DNA from: an uncultured Lachnospiraceae bacterium
Lineage (GTDB): Bacteria > Bacillota > Clostridia > Oscillospirales > CAG-272
Length of the DNA stretch: 41,408 nt
Direction: 5' to 3'
Assembly: GCA_964519075.1 (NCBI GenBank)
Contig: CAZFJJ010000001.1
Location: forward strand, 1 to 41,408
The translations under genes were made by a program, and so were the position numbers. Under the pieces are notes generated by a model. It saw nothing but the letters and a program-made list of their open reading frames with translations, was not told the origin of the DNA and searched no databases. Below are positions 14,793-23,477 of this stretch, one piece after another (position 1 is the stretch's first letter; the number at the start of each line of letters is the position of its first letter).

Positions 14793-14819
14793 AGAGCGGC
14801 ATCGCCGCTCTTTTTTCAG
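14793..14819. terminator. Terminator hairpin, copy 1.
   Basis: AGAGCGGC-atc-GCCGCTCT followed by TTTTT, with an A-run upstream. Confidence 0.8.
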
Positions 14820-14820
14820 A

Positions 14821-14847
14821 AGAGCGGCGATGCCGCTCTTTTTTCAG
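14821..14847. terminator. Terminator hairpin, copy 2: a tandem duplicate with the loop inverted. It overlaps the endolysin stop codon.
   Basis: AGAGCGGC-gat-GCCGCTCT followed by TTTTT. Confidence 0.75.
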
Positions 14848-15575
14848 CTTAGTCCGTACAGCCTTGACAGCGTCTGCACGCCGGCAATGCCGTCGGCGGT
14901 AAGCCCCTGCTTTTTCTGGTAATCCAGCACTGCCGCACGGGTCTTTGCACCAAACTGTCCGTCTGCGCCGTCCTTCTTGTCGCCATAGCTGCCCAGATCG
15001 TAGCCCTCGTACAAGAGGCGGATCTGCAGCGAGCGTACCGCCTCGCCGCGATCGCCATTTTTCAGCTCCATCAGCACAAGCCCCTCCTTTCCTGACGTCT
15101 CGACTGACTCCTCTGCGCACACCTCATAGTCGGGGACGCCCCAGCCGATGATCGTCCCGTCGGAGAGAGAATAGTCCCGTAGTCTGACCGCGTCCGAGGT
15201 GTTGCCCTCTACCGTTGCAACGCGGTTTCCGTCGGTGGCCAGCACCAGACCGATATGTCGTCCTGCTGAGGTGCGGAAGAAGATCAGATCTCCCGCCTCG
15301 GGAACGTGCTCGTCCCGCTGGTAATAACGTCCCAGCTTCTGATAATGGCTGATCATGTTGCCCACGTTGTTCTCCTTGGGGATCGCGACTGACACTCCTG
15401 CTTTGTAAGCGCACCAGCTGAGAAAGACCACGCACCAAGCATATGCTCCCGTGCCTGCGCTGTCGCAGACCTCGCGACCGTAATACCAGGTGTTATAGAG
15501 CACGTTATTGCTTCCGTTCTCTTTTACGCCCACCTGTGATAGAGCAACATAGAGCAGCTTACTCATCCGATCCAT
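14844..15575 (-). CDS. Phage-type endolysin: N-terminal CHAP/NlpC-P60-like peptidase plus a C-terminal PG_binding_1 domain.
   Basis: AWCVVFLSW (Cys), GRHIGLV (His) and EGN blocks. The C-terminus GEAVRSLQIRLL...DGQFGAKTRAAVLDYQKKQGL is a peptidoglycan-binding repeat. AAGGAGG lies 9 nt before the ATG at 15575, and the CDS overlaps the holin 3' end. Confidence 0.85.
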   Translation of the reverse strand: MDRMSKLLYVALSQVGVKENGSNNVLYNTWYYGREVCDSAGTGAYAWCVVFLSWCAYKAGVSVAIPKENNVGNMISHYQKLGRYYQRDEHVPEAGDLIFFRTSAGRHIGLVLATDGNRVATVEGNTSDAVRLRDYSLSDGTIIGWGVPDYEVCAEESVETSGKEGLVLMELKNGDRGEAVRSLQIRLLYEGYDLGSYGDKKDGADGQFGAKTRAAVLDYQKKQGLTADGIAGVQTLSRLYGLS

Positions 15576-16026
15576 TGCTTGCATCCTCCTTATCGTCATC
15601 CGCACGGTTTTCCAGCGTCTTCTTCAGCTTGGCGACGATCACGGAGAGAAATCCCGGCATGGGAATGCCGATCTCGGTGAGATTTTCCAGGATCGACAGG
15701 CATTCGTTTACCACCAGCCAAACGATTACCAGCAGCGCCACCGGATGACAGCCCTCGCCGAACAGCGAGGGAAGCACCTCGTCAAGACCGCTCTGCAAGA
15801 CCAGATCAATGATTACGCCAACTGCTACCAACAGGAGATAGCAGACCTTCTTCACGATCCCCAGAATTCCAACTCGCGAGGAGAGCGAGCTCGTCGCCCA
15901 AGCGGCGGTCAGACCGGAGAGATAGTCACAGACGATCACCGCCAGTAGCAGGATCATAGGAAAACCCAGCGCGCCGAAGTAGGCGAGGATCGGCGTCAAT
16001 ATCATTACCGTGACCGTTTTTGTCAT
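15559..16026 (-). CDS. Phage holin (Phage_holin_4_1 / TcdE-like family).
   Basis: 155 aa with 3-4 TM segments. DYLSGLTAAW, SSRVG and NECLSILENL blocks, and a charged C-terminal tail. Confidence 0.8.
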   Translation of the reverse strand: MTKTVTVMILTPILAYFGALGFPMILLLAVIVCDYLSGLTAAWATSSLSSRVGILGIVKKVCYLLLVAVGVIIDLVLQSGLDEVLPSLFGEGCHPVALLVIVWLVVNECLSILENLTEIGIPMPGFLSVIVAKLKKTLENRADDDKEDASNGSDE

Positions 16027-16036
16027 CGTTTCTTTC

Positions 16037-16094
16037 AAAAAAAATCCATCCTTTCTGCTTATCCCGAAGCATCTTCAGGATAGCAGAAAGGATG
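16037..16094 (-). terminator. Rho-independent terminator of the nadK-nnr operon.
   Basis: 17-bp stem (one bulge) CATCCTTTCTGCT(T)ATCC / GGATAGCAGAAAGGATG, followed on the minus strand by 8 T. Confidence 0.85.
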
Positions 16095-16118
16095 AGTAGA
16101 AAACAGTTGCAAATCGTA

Positions 16119-17624
16119 TTAAGTTGTACGATTGTAACGGGTGATCGAACGAATAGCGTCGGGAATCGCCTGCGCTGTGTCGGATGCCACCTGCGAGATG
16201 GTTCCCACTCGCCGTGCGGCAATCTCGCCCGCAACGCCGCAGATATGGGCGCCTGCGGCAACGGTCAGGAGGAGATCCTCCTTTGACCATGCAAGCAATG
16301 CTGCGATCACACCCGACAGCACGTCACCGCTACCTGCAGTGGCCATCCCGCCCGACCCGCGGGAGACGATCAGCGTATCCCTGCCGTCGGTGATCACAGT
16401 AGAGGTTCCCTTGAGCAGGACGATACAGCCGTGTTCGCAGGCGAAATCACGGGCGTGTTGGATGGGGTGAGCCAAAACCTCACCGATCGGGATTCCCGAC
16501 AAACGGGAAAACTCCTTGGGATGGGGCGTCAACACCACTCGGCACTTGGCTTTCGTCGGAATGGACGGATCCATCTCGGCAAGGGTGTTCAGCCCGTCCG
16601 CATCGATCACCAGAGGAATAGAGAGGTTCTCCAGCGCCCATTCCAGTATCGGAGCGTTGTCCTCGGAGCGCCCCATCCCCATGCCGATGGCGGCAGAGGA
16701 TGCGCCGCTGAATGCGATATCCAACGCCTTTTCTTCAAAACGAAGGTGTCCCTCCCGATGGGGCATAGGACAGAGGGTTGCTTCCAGCAGATAGGGGAGC
16801 GCCGAATTGGCAAGACAGGCAGGGAGTGCCAGCCTTGCGATCCCGCAGCCGCTGTAGAGCGATGCCGCGGCCATAGCAGACAGCTTCGCCGCACCGCTGT
16901 AAGGGAGCGAGCCGCCCAGCAGCGTGACCGTTCCGTAGATTCCCTTGTGCGCGTGATGGGGACGAGGCGAAAGGAGCGATACAAGATCGTGATCCTCCAT
17001 CACCGCCGCATCCGACAGGGGCTGAAGCCCAATGTCGCAGACCGTAAGCTCGCCGCACAGATCCCGAGCGCGTCCAAGAAAGTGTCCGAATTTGTAACCG
17101 CCGATGGCGACGGTCTTAATCGCGCGAATGGCTATCTCACCCAGACCGTTCTCGGCAGACAGCCCTGATGGGATGTCGGCTGAAACGATAGGTAATCCCG
17201 ATGCGTTCGCTGCTTCGATGACCTCTCTGAAGGGGGATGCAACCTTTCCGCGGAATCCCGTTCCGAAGAGGCAGTCCACCAATAGCGTGCAATCCTGAAA
17301 GGGAGCATCCTCCAAAGCCGTGCGCTCCGCTATACCATCCGCCATGCACAGCCTGTAATAATGCGCCGCCGCAGGGGTAAGTTTTTCGGAAAAACGGTAG
17401 AGAATCGTCAATTTTCCGTCCTGTGCTAACAGACGTGCCAGCGCGTAGCCGTCACCGGCGTTGTTGCCCTTACCGCAGAGGATGCCGATCCTTCCGTTCG
17501 TATCAGGCAGAGCCTGCAGAATGCCCTCGGCAGCCCGACGCATCAGCTCGAGTTCGGTGACTCCGCTTTCCATAATCGCGATTTCAGCCGATCGAATCTC
17601 GGCAGGTGAGTACAACTCAACCAT
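16119..17624 (-). CDS. nnr: Bifunctional NAD(P)H-hydrate repair enzyme: YjeF_N epimerase plus ADP-dependent dehydratase.
   Basis: 501 aa. N-terminal GKGNNGGDG-like block (CGKGNNAGDGY) and a C-terminal carbohydrate-kinase block (GSGDVLSG). Confidence 0.9.
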   Translation of the reverse strand: MVELYSPAEIRSAEIAIMESGVTELELMRRAAEGILQALPDTNGRIGILCGKGNNAGDGYALARLLAQDGKLTILYRFSEKLTPAAAHYYRLCMADGIAERTALEDAPFQDCTLLVDCLFGTGFRGKVASPFREVIEAANASGLPIVSADIPSGLSAENGLGEIAIRAIKTVAIGGYKFGHFLGRARDLCGELTVCDIGLQPLSDAAVMEDHDLVSLLSPRPHHAHKGIYGTVTLLGGSLPYSGAAKLSAMAAASLYSGCGIARLALPACLANSALPYLLEATLCPMPHREGHLRFEEKALDIAFSGASSAAIGMGMGRSEDNAPILEWALENLSIPLVIDADGLNTLAEMDPSIPTKAKCRVVLTPHPKEFSRLSGIPIGEVLAHPIQHARDFACEHGCIVLLKGTSTVITDGRDTLIVSRGSGGMATAGSGDVLSGVIAALLAWSKEDLLLTVAAGAHICGVAGEIAARRVGTISQVASDTAQAIPDAIRSITRYNRTT

Positions 17625-18459
17625 GAGACGGAACCATCTTTCTGCGCAGTACGTCGTAGAAATTGCCGCGGGTCAGCCTTGCCAGCAGGAAGGGAGTACC
17701 CGAAAGCGTAACCTCCAGACTCACTGCTTCTTTAGACAGTGGGATAACCATTCCGTCCGCCGCGATCTGAGGGAGCGTATCACCCTCGGGGGTCAGACGG
17801 ATCAGATCGCCTTCTGCCATGACGATGGATCGGGAGAGCAGGGAATGACAGCAGATGGGGGTCAGGATCATATTCCGCGCGGCAGGGTTCACAATGGGAC
17901 CGCCGGCGGAGAAATTGTAAGCGGTGGAGCCGTTGGGAGTGGAGACCAGCACGCCGTCGGCGTGGTAGGTGTCCATATAGGTGTCGTTGATGTACACCGC
18001 CGTGCGGGTCAGCCCGGGCAGATCTCCGCGGAAGAGGGTGATGTCGTTGACCGCGCGGAAGTGGGAGAGGGGGATGCCGTCGCTATCCACCAGTCGTCCC
18101 GACAGCACGGCGCGGCGCTCCACGAACAGATCGTCCGAAACCAGACGGTCGATCGCATTCGGCAGATCTTCGGGGGAAAGATCGCTCATATAGCCGAGAT
18201 TGCCGAAGTTCACGCCCAAGATAGGGATCTCCAGATCCAGCACCTCCATGGCACAGCGCAGGATGGTGCCGTCGCCGCCCAGCACCAGCGCCAGATCGGC
18301 GCCGACGGGCGAGGCGATGGGAAGATCGGGCAGATGGATCTTACAGCACTCGCTGACGACAGCTTCCGCACCGGCATCGGTGAGCCGTTTTACCAGATCA
18401 CGGGCGGCCAACAGGCAAGCTTCTCTGCGAGGATTGGGGTATATGTAGATTTTTTTCAT
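17617..18459 (-). CDS. nadK: NAD kinase
   Basis: GGDGT motif (VLGGDGTILRC), NFGNLGYM, and TPNGSTAYNFSAGGPI. ATG at 18459. There is an 8-nt overlap with nnr. Confidence 0.9.
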   Translation of the reverse strand: MKKIYIYPNPRREACLLAARDLVKRLTDAGAEAVVSECCKIHLPDLPIASPVGADLALVLGGDGTILRCAMEVLDLEIPILGVNFGNLGYMSDLSPEDLPNAIDRLVSDDLFVERRAVLSGRLVDSDGIPLSHFRAVNDITLFRGDLPGLTRTAVYINDTYMDTYHADGVLVSTPNGSTAYNFSAGGPIVNPAARNMILTPICCHSLLSRSIVMAEGDLIRLTPEGDTLPQIAADGMVIPLSKEAVSLEVTLSGTPFLLARLTRGNFYDVLRRKMVPSHG

Positions 18460-18556
18460 CGCTTCGTACACACTCCTTTGGGAGGGCTTTTCCTCTATTA
18501 TACATGGAAATCCCCGATCTGTCAATCAATCCGCCCAATAATTGCAAAGATTTTCG

Positions 18557-18590
18557 TAAAAAAGCCTCTGCCGAACCATCGGCAGAGGCT
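18557..18590 (-). terminator. Terminator of the GH42 gene.
   Basis: AGCCTCTGCCG-atggtt-CGGCAGAGGCT followed by TTTTTT on the minus strand. Confidence 0.85.
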
Positions 18591-18594
18591 GATG

Positions 18595-20571
18595 TTATTC
18601 GGTTATTGCCTCTAAAACCGCAACCTGATAGGGATGGAGCTGAATTGAACCGTCGTAGACTGTATCGGTCAGCAGATCCCGTCGCAAACCGTTGAAACGG
18701 TATTCGCAAGCCTTGCCGCCTACCGAGGCAGCGATGACAAGCTCCCGATCTCTGCCTGCACGTTTGGTGATCATGGCACCGTCGGTGACCGAGTGAATTT
18801 CTGCATCTGCAAGATCGGCTGCCTTCCGTGCGATGCGAGCAAACTCGCCCTCCTCGGGGAAGGTGCCCAATAGGATGACCTTGCCCTTGCCCATGTTGAA
18901 GATCAGGGCGCAATGCTTGCCGATCAGCGCGGAATGTCCCTCGGAGACGGTGAGCAGACGCTCAAAATCTCCGTCCTCGAACAGCTCGTAGCTGCGACCG
19001 GCGCGGACGGTATTGCCCAGCTCGTTTTGCAGCTTGATCTGTCCCCGATCATCGGGGAGGGTATAGGCAAGTCGCACGCCGCACAGCTCCTCCAAAAAAC
19101 CGTATGGCGCGGTCTGATACTTGGTGCCGATGGCGGTGCGGATGTCCGAAAGGGGACCAACGACCCACACACCGCCGTCCTCCACCCAACGTGTGATCCG
19201 TTGACGGAAGTCCGCTTCCTCCAGCGTATAGGCGGTGGGAGAGAAGAGCAGTTTGTAGCGATCCATCTCCTGGGCGGGATCGATCACGTCGGCGTGAATG
19301 CCCGCCTGCAGGAGCTTTTCGTAAAACTCGTGGATGGGTGCGCCGTCGTCGCCCACCGCGTCATTGATCGACTGGCTCTTGCGGATGTTCCAGTTCAGGC
19401 TGGAGAAGTGGATCGCCGTGTCGCTGGCGGGAGGCGCGGACAGGAGCAGCTTTTCCACCTTGCGGAAGTCCTCGGCCGCGTGACGGATCTCGCCGTTTGC
19501 GTGTGTGTATCTGCCCGAGGAGTCCAGCACCGCGCCGTGCATCAGCTCGTGACCTGCCCAATGAGTGCGCCAAAGCCAGTAGAGGTTCGCTCCGCCGCCC
19601 AGCATAATGGGTAGCCAGGTGTTCATATAGATGAATCCCTCGGGCAGAAGCGGCATACCGAAAGCAGTAGAGCCGTTCCAGCATGGTTGGGTCTCGGTGT
19701 TCCAGAAGGGAATTTTGGAAAAATGCTTCATATAGTCCATCCAACAGGCGGCGTGAAGCAGATTCTCGTTGGTGTTGTAATGGTTGAACTGCGCCACGTC
19801 CATGGGATCGTTGAGCTCTCGGTAATCGATGCCGTTGAACGGCATGGTGTCGGTGCCGATGGGCGCGCTCGTATATTTCTTCAGAATCTCCGACTGCATA
19901 TGCACGAAGCGAACGTGATTCTTCGCTTGCGAGAGATTCCACTCCAATCGGATGTGAGGATTGTGCCAAGTGTTAAAGGGAATGGGAACGTCCTCAATGC
20001 GGTCGTAAGCCTGACTGAACAGATTCAGATTCCAGGCGCGGTTGATCTCCTCCACGCTGCCGTACTTCTCGGCAAGGTGGGCGTGGAAGGCGTCCTGACA
20101 GTATTCACAGGTGCATCCCGGCTCCCAGGGATAGATCTCGTTGTCGATCTGCCAGCCGATGATAGCGGGATCGTCTCCGAATTCCTGCGCCAGCTTTTCT
20201 ACGATGATGGCGGAGTAGCGCAGATATTCGGGATGGCAGGAGCAGCAATGCCGCCGTCCGCCGTGGGAGGTGCGCACACCGCTCGGCGAGAGGGTCGCCA
20301 TGTCGGGATACTTACGATAGAGCCAGTGTGGAGGGGTAGCGGTGGGTGTGCCCATGATGACGGAGATCCCCGCGTCCCGCATCTTGTCTACCACGCGGTG
20401 GAGCCAGGCAAAGTCAAACTCGCCCTCCCGAGGCTCGTCCTTTTTCCATGCAAACTCGCCGATGCGGACAACGTTGAAGCCACATTCCTTCATTTTGGCA
20501 ATATCTTCGTTGATAAAGCTTTCGTCCCAGTCCTCGGGATAATAGTTTGCGCCCAGATAGATCTTGTTCAT
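18595..20571 (-). CDS. Glycoside hydrolase family 42 beta-galactosidase.
   Basis: MNKIYLGANYYPEDW...FNVVRIGEFAW...GTPTATPPHW, a WQIDNE catalytic acid/base block, and a CxxC...C zinc-type block. AAGGAGG RBS before the ATG at 20571. Confidence 0.88.
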   Translation of the reverse strand: MNKIYLGANYYPEDWDESFINEDIAKMKECGFNVVRIGEFAWKKDEPREGEFDFAWLHRVVDKMRDAGISVIMGTPTATPPHWLYRKYPDMATLSPSGVRTSHGGRRHCCSCHPEYLRYSAIIVEKLAQEFGDDPAIIGWQIDNEIYPWEPGCTCEYCQDAFHAHLAEKYGSVEEINRAWNLNLFSQAYDRIEDVPIPFNTWHNPHIRLEWNLSQAKNHVRFVHMQSEILKKYTSAPIGTDTMPFNGIDYRELNDPMDVAQFNHYNTNENLLHAACWMDYMKHFSKIPFWNTETQPCWNGSTAFGMPLLPEGFIYMNTWLPIMLGGGANLYWLWRTHWAGHELMHGAVLDSSGRYTHANGEIRHAAEDFRKVEKLLLSAPPASDTAIHFSSLNWNIRKSQSINDAVGDDGAPIHEFYEKLLQAGIHADVIDPAQEMDRYKLLFSPTAYTLEEADFRQRITRWVEDGGVWVVGPLSDIRTAIGTKYQTAPYGFLEELCGVRLAYTLPDDRGQIKLQNELGNTVRAGRSYELFEDGDFERLLTVSEGHSALIGKHCALIFNMGKGKVILLGTFPEEGEFARIARKAADLADAEIHSVTDGAMITKRAGRDRELVIAASVGGKACEYRFNGLRRDLLTDTVYDGSIQLHPYQVAVLEAITE

Positions 20572-20741
20572 AAGAGCCTCCTTGTGATCGGTCGTTGACT
20601 CTATTATAGCAAGTTTGCGCTTGCTACGCAAGAGCAGAGGCAAAATTCAGCAATTATTTGCAGTAAAACAGCAATATATGTATTCCCAAATCGTCAAATT
20701 TGCGGTATAATAGAACTATATCGAATGATACGGAGGCAATT

Positions 20742-23306
20742 ATGGATAAACGACTTTCCGACGTTCTGCGTCATAATGAGAGCAACTATCTGTTTCCCTT
20801 TTATTGGCAGCACGGAGACCACTACGACCGTATTCCCGAACAGGTAAGGCGCATCTACGACAGCGGATGCCGTGCGCTGTGTGTGGAATCCCGCCCGCAC
20901 CCCGACTTCGTGGGAGAGACCTGGTGGCGGGATATGGATGTGATCCTCAGTGAAGCCCAAAAACTAGGAATGCAGGTCTGGTTGCTGGACGACGATAAGT
21001 TTCCTACCGGTCACGCGGCGGGGCTGATCGCTAAAAAGTATCCCCACCTGCGCCAATGGGAGCTGATCGAGCGGCATATCGACGTAGTGGGACCTGCAGT
21101 CGATATGTCGGTGATCTGCAGCCAAGAGAATGAGGAAAATATTCTCCTGGGCGCATACGCTTACCGTCGCAACGCAGATTTCTTGGAGACCTGCGCATAC
21201 GAGGGCGTTGACGTTACCGGGCTGATCCACGACGGTTACCTGACCTGGGACGTCCCCGAGGGCGTCTGGCGCATCTTCTTCTATTACAAATCCCGAATCG
21301 GTGGCAAACGGGAATACATCGACATGATCAATCCAGAATCGGTGCACGTGCTCATCGAGGCGGTCTACGAAAGTCATTGGGAGCATTACAAGGACTATTT
21401 CGGTACTACCTTCGTGGGATTTTTCTCGGACGAGCCCTGCTTTGGCAACGAGATCTACAAGGAGCAGCGCTTCGATTTCGGCTTCTACGAGTCGCGGATC
21501 GGCAAGCACGCGCTGGCGCTCCCTTGGAACGAGACGGTGCTGGCAAGAATGACAGAAAAACTGGGATTTGATCCCATCCCTCACCTGAATCTCCTCTGGT
21601 ATGAGGACGATCAGGGCGGCGATCTGCAGGCTGAGCTCCGCTTTGCCTACATGGACACCATCACGAACCTTTACAGCGAGTGCTTCACGAAGCAGCTTGC
21701 CGATTGGTGCCATGCCCACGGCGTGCAGTACGTCGGACACATCATCGAGGACATGAACTGTCATCTGCGCTACGGCGCAGGACACTACTTCCGCGCCCTG
21801 CAATGGCAGGATATGAGCGGAATCGACATCGTGCTGCATCAGGTGATGCCCGGGATGGATCATTATATCCACACCAGCACCTGCGCTACCAATACGTCGG
21901 GCGGCGAGTTCTTCCACTACATCCTCGCCAAGATGGGTGCGTCCCTTGCTCATCTCACTCCCACCATGCAGGGACGCGCCATGTGCGAGGTCTTCGGAGC
22001 CTACGGCTGGGGCGAGGATACGACGATGATGAAGTACCTGATGGATCATTTGCTGGTACGGGGGATCAATCACTTCGTCCCTCACGCCTTCAGCACTAAA
22101 TTCCCCGATCCCGACTGCCCGCCCCACTTCGGCGCAGAGGGAAAGGATCCCAGCTTCGAGGGCTTCTCCGCACTGATGGCGTATACTAACAAGGCGGCGC
22201 ACCTTCTTCTGGGTGCGACCCACAAGGCTAACGCCGCCGTCCTCTATCATATGGAGGGCGAATGGGCGAGCCGATTCAACAACGCCATGACCATGGAGCC
22301 CATCGCCGTCCGACTGTACGATGCCCACATCGACTATGATATCGTATCATTGGACATCCTGAACACCGGCAGCGTGGTGGACAACCGTCTTGCTATCGCT
22401 GACGAGCGGTTTGACTGCCTCATCGTCCCCTTTGCCGACCATCTGCCGAAAGTCCTGCAGGAACGGCTGAGATCGCTCCACGAGGCAGGCCTGCCCGTCT
22501 GGTTTGCCGACGCTCTGCCCGAGAATCTGGATTTCGACGGTACCGCCGTGAATCTGGACGACGTCGTTCCGCTGATGCAAAAGCTTGGCATGACCGACGT
22601 GCAGGTAGAGGAGGGCTATCCCTTCCTGCGTGTCTACCACGCAGTCCGCGACGGCAGAGACGTCTTCATGTTTGCCAACGAGGACTACGCCAAGACGGTC
22701 AGCACCACCGTCAAGCTCCCCTGCGTCGGCGACTACGCAAGGCTTGATCTGCTCACCGACGTTTCGGTAGGCGGTCACACGTCTGACGGCAGCCTCCGTC
22801 TGGAGCTGCTGCCCAATCAGTCCCAGATCGTCCTCTTCGGCAGCCGCGCGGGACTTCCCGACGAACTGATCTTCACCGAGCGCGTTCCCCTTGCTCCGGC
22901 ATTTGAGCTGTCGCTTGCCGAATGCGACGATCTTGGACGTTTCACGCCCTGCGGCTCCTTTGAAAGCTTCTTCAATATCAACGCCCCCGGCTTCCGTCCC
23001 GACTTTTCGGGCAAAATGCGTTACACCTTCCGCTTTGACGCGGTGAAAAAGGGAAGCCGCGTCTTCCTGGATCTGGGCAGAGTAGGGCAGAACGCCACCC
23101 TTACTCTCAACGGCGTGGATTGCGGGATCCGGATCAACCGTCCCTATCTCTTTGAGATCACCGATGCGCTGAGGGATGGCGAGAATCTTGCCGAGGTGGT
23201 GGTGTCCAACACCCTCGCCCAGCGGGTGCGGGATCATTTCTCTCACAATCTGCAGCTTGCCCCCTCCGGTCTCCTGGGCGGGATCGCTCTGCAATACGCC
23301 CGATAA
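20742..23306 (+). CDS. Large (854 aa) putative glycoside hydrolase of uncertain family, with a C-terminal galactose-binding-like jelly-roll domain.
   Basis: N-terminal LFPFYWQHGD...CVESRPHPDF... TIM-barrel-like region. The C-terminus LTLNGVDCGIRINRPYLFEITDALRDGENLAEVVVSN is typical of GH sugar-binding domains. GGAGG RBS. Confidence 0.6.
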   Translation: MDKRLSDVLRHNESNYLFPFYWQHGDHYDRIPEQVRRIYDSGCRALCVESRPHPDFVGETWWRDMDVILSEAQKLGMQVWLLDDDKFPTGHAAGLIAKKYPHLRQWELIERHIDVVGPAVDMSVICSQENEENILLGAYAYRRNADFLETCAYEGVDVTGLIHDGYLTWDVPEGVWRIFFYYKSRIGGKREYIDMINPESVHVLIEAVYESHWEHYKDYFGTTFVGFFSDEPCFGNEIYKEQRFDFGFYESRIGKHALALPWNETVLARMTEKLGFDPIPHLNLLWYEDDQGGDLQAELRFAYMDTITNLYSECFTKQLADWCHAHGVQYVGHIIEDMNCHLRYGAGHYFRALQWQDMSGIDIVLHQVMPGMDHYIHTSTCATNTSGGEFFHYILAKMGASLAHLTPTMQGRAMCEVFGAYGWGEDTTMMKYLMDHLLVRGINHFVPHAFSTKFPDPDCPPHFGAEGKDPSFEGFSALMAYTNKAAHLLLGATHKANAAVLYHMEGEWASRFNNAMTMEPIAVRLYDAHIDYDIVSLDILNTGSVVDNRLAIADERFDCLIVPFADHLPKVLQERLRSLHEAGLPVWFADALPENLDFDGTAVNLDDVVPLMQKLGMTDVQVEEGYPFLRVYHAVRDGRDVFMFANEDYAKTVSTTVKLPCVGDYARLDLLTDVSVGGHTSDGSLRLELLPNQSQIVLFGSRAGLPDELIFTERVPLAPAFELSLAECDDLGRFTPCGSFESFFNINAPGFRPDFSGKMRYTFRFDAVKKGSRVFLDLGRVGQNATLTLNGVDCGIRINRPYLFEITDALRDGENLAEVVVSNTLAQRVRDHFSHNLQLAPSGLLGGIALQYAR

Positions 23307-23397
23307 ACTCAATGCGGCGTTCGAATGTAAATTTGATGAGGAAAATGTAAATTTTTTCTCTTTCACTCCTTTTTGTGCGGCAGAGGGAAAAAAGGGC

Positions 23398-23426
23398 TTG
23401 CAATTTGCGCAGAATAATGGTATACT
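23398..23426 (+). promoter_or_regulatory. Promoter of the citrate synthase gene.
   Basis: TTGCAA-17 nt-TATACT with a TGg extended -10. Confidence 0.55.
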
Positions 23427-23477
23427 ATCACTATATCGCGATAAAGCGCAATCCCCTCTATGAAAAGGAGAACTACT

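Noticed and set aside
14793-14847. CRISPR-like direct repeats.
   Set aside because: There are only two copies with a 1-nt spacer. Each is a GC stem plus T-run, so these are terminators. There are no cas genes in the window.
12737-16038. A complete prophage.
   Set aside because: Only three phage-type genes are present (BppU-like, endolysin, holin). There is no integrase, terminase, portal, capsid, tape-measure or repressor gene. The gene order is scrambled and interrupted by a cellular ECF gene.
23300-23330. tRNA-like T-loop sequence GGCGTTCGAATG.
   Set aside because: No acceptor, D or anticodon stems can be drawn around it. It sits in the 3' flank of the GH-like CDS.
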